A stretch of DNA of 64,000 bases from Amoebidium appalachense (taxonomy: Eukaryota > Protista > Ichthyosporea): assembly GCA_963693365.1 (NCBI GenBank), contig CAVNZM010000016.1, positions 7,423,029 to 7,487,028 of the forward strand, in the 5' to 3' direction. The stretch's first letter is position 1. Every line of letters starts with the position of its first letter. The position numbers were made by a program, and so were the translations under genes. Shown here in pieces: positions 47,592 to 64,000 of the stretch. Below the pieces are notes generated by a model that saw nothing but the letters and a program-made list of their open reading frames with translations, did no database searches and was not told where the DNA came from.

Positions 47592-47749
47592 TTTTTTTTT
47601 TTTTTTTTGGAAGGGGGGGAGAGAGAGAGAGAGGAGGGGAGGGGGAAGGGGAGGGGGGTGAGGAAGTGAGATCTTCGGGGGGAGAGAGGGGGGGGGGGGG
47701 GGGGGGGTTGGGGGGGGGGTGGGACCACCCGCTCTTCCGGCTACACGCA

Positions 47750-48500
47750 TGCCCGCCGGGCTCGCCCCTCTACCTCTTCCCTTCCCCATCGTCTCTGCCC
47801 ATTGCCGAGCGTTATGTGGAATGGCTGGCGACCCCACCGGAGGTACGGCTAGATCATAGTGTGAATATGAATAGTTTCAAGTCTATGGCTGATAGATATC
47901 TTTTTACTCTACGTGTTGAGTCCCTTCCGGTGTTAGGACCGCAAAAACACCAACTACTAGTAGCCTATATGGCGGATACGGTTAGAGAGTCTCGTTCATA
48001 CATAGATTCGTTTATTCGTAATGTGGTGTGGTGTAAAAACGCAAAGATGATTATGGATTGGCGGTGTAATCGGTTTCTGGTGTCTCCTGCTCGTATGTGT
48101 AATATGTGTGGGGGGCGGTTTACTCGCGGCTGCATATCTATCAATAAGTGCAACCTGTTAGCTAACGTATTAGAACCGGAGGTTATTGGCGGTTCTATTC
48201 TCTTTTCTTCCTCTCTTCCTCCATATGTCCGTTTTAAGATGACTATCCTAGATCACCTTATTAATGCTGCACAGTATGATATTGTGATCCGGTGCCTTAA
48301 CTTTCTTTCGGAGCTACCGATGCTAGCCTCTGCTTACCCATAATATGTAATAGGGGTGTCATATACTATGATGGCGCTCATTGTTGCTTAGCATGTACAT
48401 ATGCCACTGGCTGCATTTGATTGGCTGCGCTGGAAAACGCAGTAGGCCGTCGAATGTGGCTGGGCCTCCGGCAGTGTCCACGCAATAAAAAGTGAGTAAA
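47750..48500 (+). pseudogene. 5'-truncated non-LTR retrotransposon: ORF2 C-terminus (stop 48343) plus 3' UTR
   Basis: DWRCN...CNMC...FTRGCISINKCNLL...TILDHLIN...Y; AATAAAAAG near 48484; flanked by G-rich tracts. Confidence 0.65.
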
Positions 48501-48551
48501 CCCCCGGGTGGGGGTGGGGGAGAATGGGCTCCGGTGGGGGGGCCCCGGGGG

Positions 48552-48627
<76 letters not shown>

Positions 48628-48879
48628 GGGGGGGGGGGGGGGGGGGGGGCGGAGGATCACTGGGGATCCGGAGATACGAGGGAACGGATTCGAATTGCGG
48701 GGGCCGGGCATATATGGAAATATTGGATAGCACCGCCTAATGATCCTCGCCCGATTCCGGAGCTCCACTGCGCCATCGCATGCGCAGGCCTGGGCATACA
48801 TGGTCCAGATCCCTTATGCATGAAGGAAAAGTTCCTGACAAACCCCAGCGCTGTGCCGGGCCCCCGTCCCCTCCTCCCA

Positions 48880-48910
<31 letters not shown>

Positions 48911-49895
48911 GGGGCCTCCAACACGTGACTCGACGTAACATGTGCGATCTGTCGGCCCTCATGAATGACGCATACAAGCGCGCCCTGGCAGCACCCTGTT
49001 TCGGTACGGCGCCATATACAGGGCGATCCAGGGTTGGGCTGGGGGTGGCCAGCTTAACCGTATTGTCTTTGACCAATCGTAACGGACAGTTTCTTAATCG
49101 TAACGAGGGGGTTCTTGGGGATCTGCAAGCCCAGCCAAAAACGCCCCTCCAGTCACAAAACTCAAAATACGCGTTTTTATAAATGTAGTATTGCAAAATT
49201 ACAAGCCCTGGACACTTGTCGGGGTTCGATATTGCTCATGAGAAGCGCTGTAGATATGTTCTTGAACAGAAATATTGAAAAAATTAGGTACAGTTAGATA
49301 TCAGGGGGCCTTAAAGCGTTTAAAATGCTATACATCTGATACGAAAGCTGTTACGACGGCACCCTAACCTTATTCGTATGGGGGTCTTTCGTTAATCGTA
49401 TTTACGACGATTTTTTTTCGTAATCCCCCCGCCCCCTGGGGCGATCATGATTCTGATTGGTGGACTTACTTAACTGCCAAATATAGCAAGTGTTTTTACG
49501 CATCGGCGCATTACTATTTGCTGTAAATCATGCATGCGACCTGCAACATCACTGGCATCTTCGATGAACACAGAAAAACTTTTCATTCGGCACACAAGTT
49601 TCACTTTTGTTTCACGGCCTATATACTCGCCGGTAGCATGAGTTTTCTTGCAGCGTTTGCTCCCGTTTTAGCCTTTTCCCTCCATCCCCTCCCTTCGTAA
49701 CTGCAAGCTCATTCTCTTGTGGCACACAAGCAGCAGTAGGCGCTTGTCTTGCGTACGCCTTCTTTTCTCCCGCATACACCGCATACACCCCGAAGCTGGG
49801 CTAGGATCCCAGCTACGCATAGCCAGCAGCACACAGACGCAGAAAGAGGTGCACAGAACCGTAACTTTGCTCCCTCAGCTGCCACCACCGCAGAC

Positions 49896-61514
<11,619 letters not shown>

Positions 61515-62338
61515 TCTGTGTGTGTTAGTTATGCTCGGCTGATATGATTAATGTTTTAGGGTTAACCCCACCAACGTGTTATGGAATGTTGGAAAAGCAT
61601 GTTCATAGCTTTATACATATTAACGTCTGCATGTTTCATGATGATACTTTGCTTTTGTGCAGCAAATCGCGTGCACTTGCCGTGCACATTGCAATATCTC
61701 TTAACGTGCATTGATTTGCCCAACTTCCCATAAGTACTGCATATATATGTGGGCGCCTTGTGCAGGGCACTCTGTAGTGTTATCCGTGTTGTTTTGCATG
61801 TTTTTAGTATTCGCCAGGCACATATGATTGTGCCTGAGACAAAGTCGTTGATTTAGCACCTAGAATTCCTGAAATCGATGTACCAATTTCTGCCACATGC
61901 CGTGGCTACCTAAACAACACTCACCTTATACATCACGGTGCATCACGGGGCCCAGCAACCTGGTCCCCCCCCCCCCCCCCCCCCCCCGCCCCCCGTCCGC
62001 CTTATGATGACGTCATCATGGTAGGGCACTTGTCGAAGGCTTTTGACTGCTGCTGGGGCCTTTCCTACTTTCTTGACTTCGAGTGTTTTTGAAGATATAC
62101 GTGGCATATATACAGAGGCTTTCCAGTCTCTTCAGTGCGTATGTATCCCTTATTATGACGTGCCATATATTCGTTGTTCACTGTAGTTTTATTTGTAACC
62201 TCTTCACGCACCAGCGGCTTGCTTGTGACTAGTGGGACGGTTGTGTGACGTCGACACCGTGTCACTGTGTCTCCGCCGCCTCGGAGGCACTGCCACTCAC
62301 AGGCAGTACCTGAGCACGCGGGGGAACGAGGTGGCGCC

Positions 62339-62539
62339 ATGGCAGCGGGTGGGGGGGTTGGTCTGGTGCACGCGAACATCCTCGTGTACGCGCTGGCATA
62401 CTGGCTGTGCCAGCCCGTGCTGCCCTTCCTGGCCGCAGACCTGGGCGCAGACCCCGTGACCTTCGGCTACCTGCAGACTGTGTTCTCGCTCGTCCAGCTG
62501 GCAGGCGGGCCCATAGTCGGCCGCCTGTGCGACGTGAAG
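62339..62539 (+). CDS. MFS transporter, SLC22A18/MFSD9-like, first exon (gene continues beyond window)
   Basis: MAAGGGVGLVHANILVYALAYWLCQPVLPFLAADLGADPVTFGYLQTVFSLVQLAGGPIVGRLCDVK contains the start of MFS motif A (GRLxD); AAG|GTGCGC donor. Confidence 0.85.
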
Positions 62540-63624
62540 GTGCGCGTGTGTGTTCGTGTGTGTGCACGTGCAGCCGTGCATATGTGTGCATGCGTTGTGT
62601 TTGTGTGCGTGTGGTGACGTGCTTACAGGTGCAACTGCGCAGAGTTGCGTACACCAACAGGTACACGTGTTTCTGTGTGAGGTGTCTGCAGGCGTGCTTG
62701 TTTGCTTCTGCGTGGGTGCCTGATTGCGTACATTGCACACACGCGGCTCCCTCGCTCCCTCCCCTGCTCGCTCGATCCCTCCCTCCCTTCTCACCCTGTC
62801 CCCCCCCCCCCCCCCCCCCCCCCCCCCTCTCCCCGCCTCCCTCCCTCCCTCCCTCCCTCCCTCCCTCCCTCTCTCTCATCCTCCCCCCTCCCTCCTTCCC
62901 TCCCTAGTCCCTCCCTCCCTCTGTCTATTCTCACACACACACACTTTCTCTCTTCCTCCCCCCCCCCCCCCCCCTCCCTCCCCCCTCCCCCCTCTTTCCC
63001 TCCCCCTCCCCCTCCCTCTCCCCGCCCCCCTCTCCCTCCCCCTCCCCCTCTCGCTTTCCCTCTCTCTGCCTCTCCTTCTTTCTCTCCCTCTCCCTCCCCT
63101 CCCCCCCCTCCCCCTCCCCTCCCCCCCTTCCCCCCTCTCCTCTTCCCCCCCCCCCCCCCCCCTGCCCCTCTCTCTACCTCCATCTTTCCCTCCTCCCCTT
63201 CCTCCCTCCCTGCCTCCGTCTCTCTCTCCCTCCCTCTTTTCCCTTTTCCCCCGTCCCTATCTCCTTCTCTTCTTCTCTCACTCTTTCTCTCTACACCTCC
63301 CCCCCCCCCCCCCCCAAAAAAAAAAAAAAAAACTCCCCCCCCCCCCCCTCTTCTCGCACTCATCTGCACATCTCTCCCTCACCTCCCTCCTCCCCCCCTC
63401 CCCCCCCCCCCCCTCTCTGCTCCCCCTCCCGCCCCTCCCCTCATTCTCTCTTACCCGCCGTCTCTTGCTTTCCCCTCTCCCCTCTTTTCTTACTCTCTCT
63501 TTCCCTCTTTGCCCGCCTCCCCTCCCCCCCCCCCCTACTCCCCTCCCCCCCCATTTCCTTTTCCTCTTTCTGTCTCTCCCCCCCTTTGCCCCTCCCTCCA
63601 CTCTAAACCCCCCCCCCCCCCCCA

Positions 63625-63805
63625 GGAGAGTCGTATATACGCGGGCTAAGGGGTCGAAACTCAGACGCAATTGATGACTTGGACCCTCCCTGAGGATGGG
63701 CTCTGCTTATGACGCATACTGTGCGCATGGCTATGTTGCATACTTGAATGTTTTTTGCATGTGTCCTTCGTGTATGCGTACTTCGTACCGTGTTTCGCAT
63801 TCAAA
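63625..63805 (+). mobile_element. Subfamily A copy beginning exactly at the predicted ribozyme cleavage site
   Basis: polyC-A-GGAGAGTCGTATATACGC...CGCATTCAAA-CCCCC. Confidence 0.85.
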
Positions 63806-64000
63806 CCCCCCTCCCCCCGCACACACACACAAGCTCTCACTCTCGCTCCCTCTCTCTCTCACTCTCACTCTCTCTCTCACTCACACACTCTCGGCCCCTC
63901 CTGTTTCTTTCCCCCCCCACTCCTTTGGCTACCTCTCTGTACCTGTTCCTGTGTGGTTTTTGTGTGTAGACGCAACTGTTTGGAGGGGGAAGGGGGATTA

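Noticed and set aside
49302-49438. Short MITE with CAGGGGGC inverted ends
   Set aside because: Only 8-bp inverted ends, no TSD, and no second copy in the window.

Overview
Intron-rich eukaryotic DNA, probably from a unicellular opisthokont or holozoan (inferred from animal-like UBE2L3, PDK, TMED9 and SLC22A18 homologues). Introns and intergenic DNA are full of (CA)n/(TG)n and poly-C/poly-G tracts, so most six-frame ORFs are spurious. Nine spliced genes could be reconstructed by hand with GT-AG introns: RPL31 (5' part outside window), RNA Pol III subunit RPC7/C31, UBE2L3-like E2, RPS10, an HSF-type factor, a p24/TMED9-like cargo receptor, an orphan type-I membrane protein, pyruvate dehydrogenase kinase, and the first exon of an SLC22A18-like MFS transporter. 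Mobile DNA includes several MITEs (one only 39 bp with an 8-bp TSD), three LINE ORF2 3' remnants and a Penelope-like RT C-terminal remnant. Main discovery: a dispersed family of short, 5'-truncated retroelements that always end in a poly-C tract. Three diverged subfamilies carry a complete hammerhead ribozyme core whose strands are in a non-circularly permuted (pseudoknotted) order, supported by covarying stems. One copy begins exactly at the predicted cleavage site, and every copy lies sense to its host or nearest gene. A second recurring pattern is intronic 'echo' duplication of exon-intron junctions in four genes.
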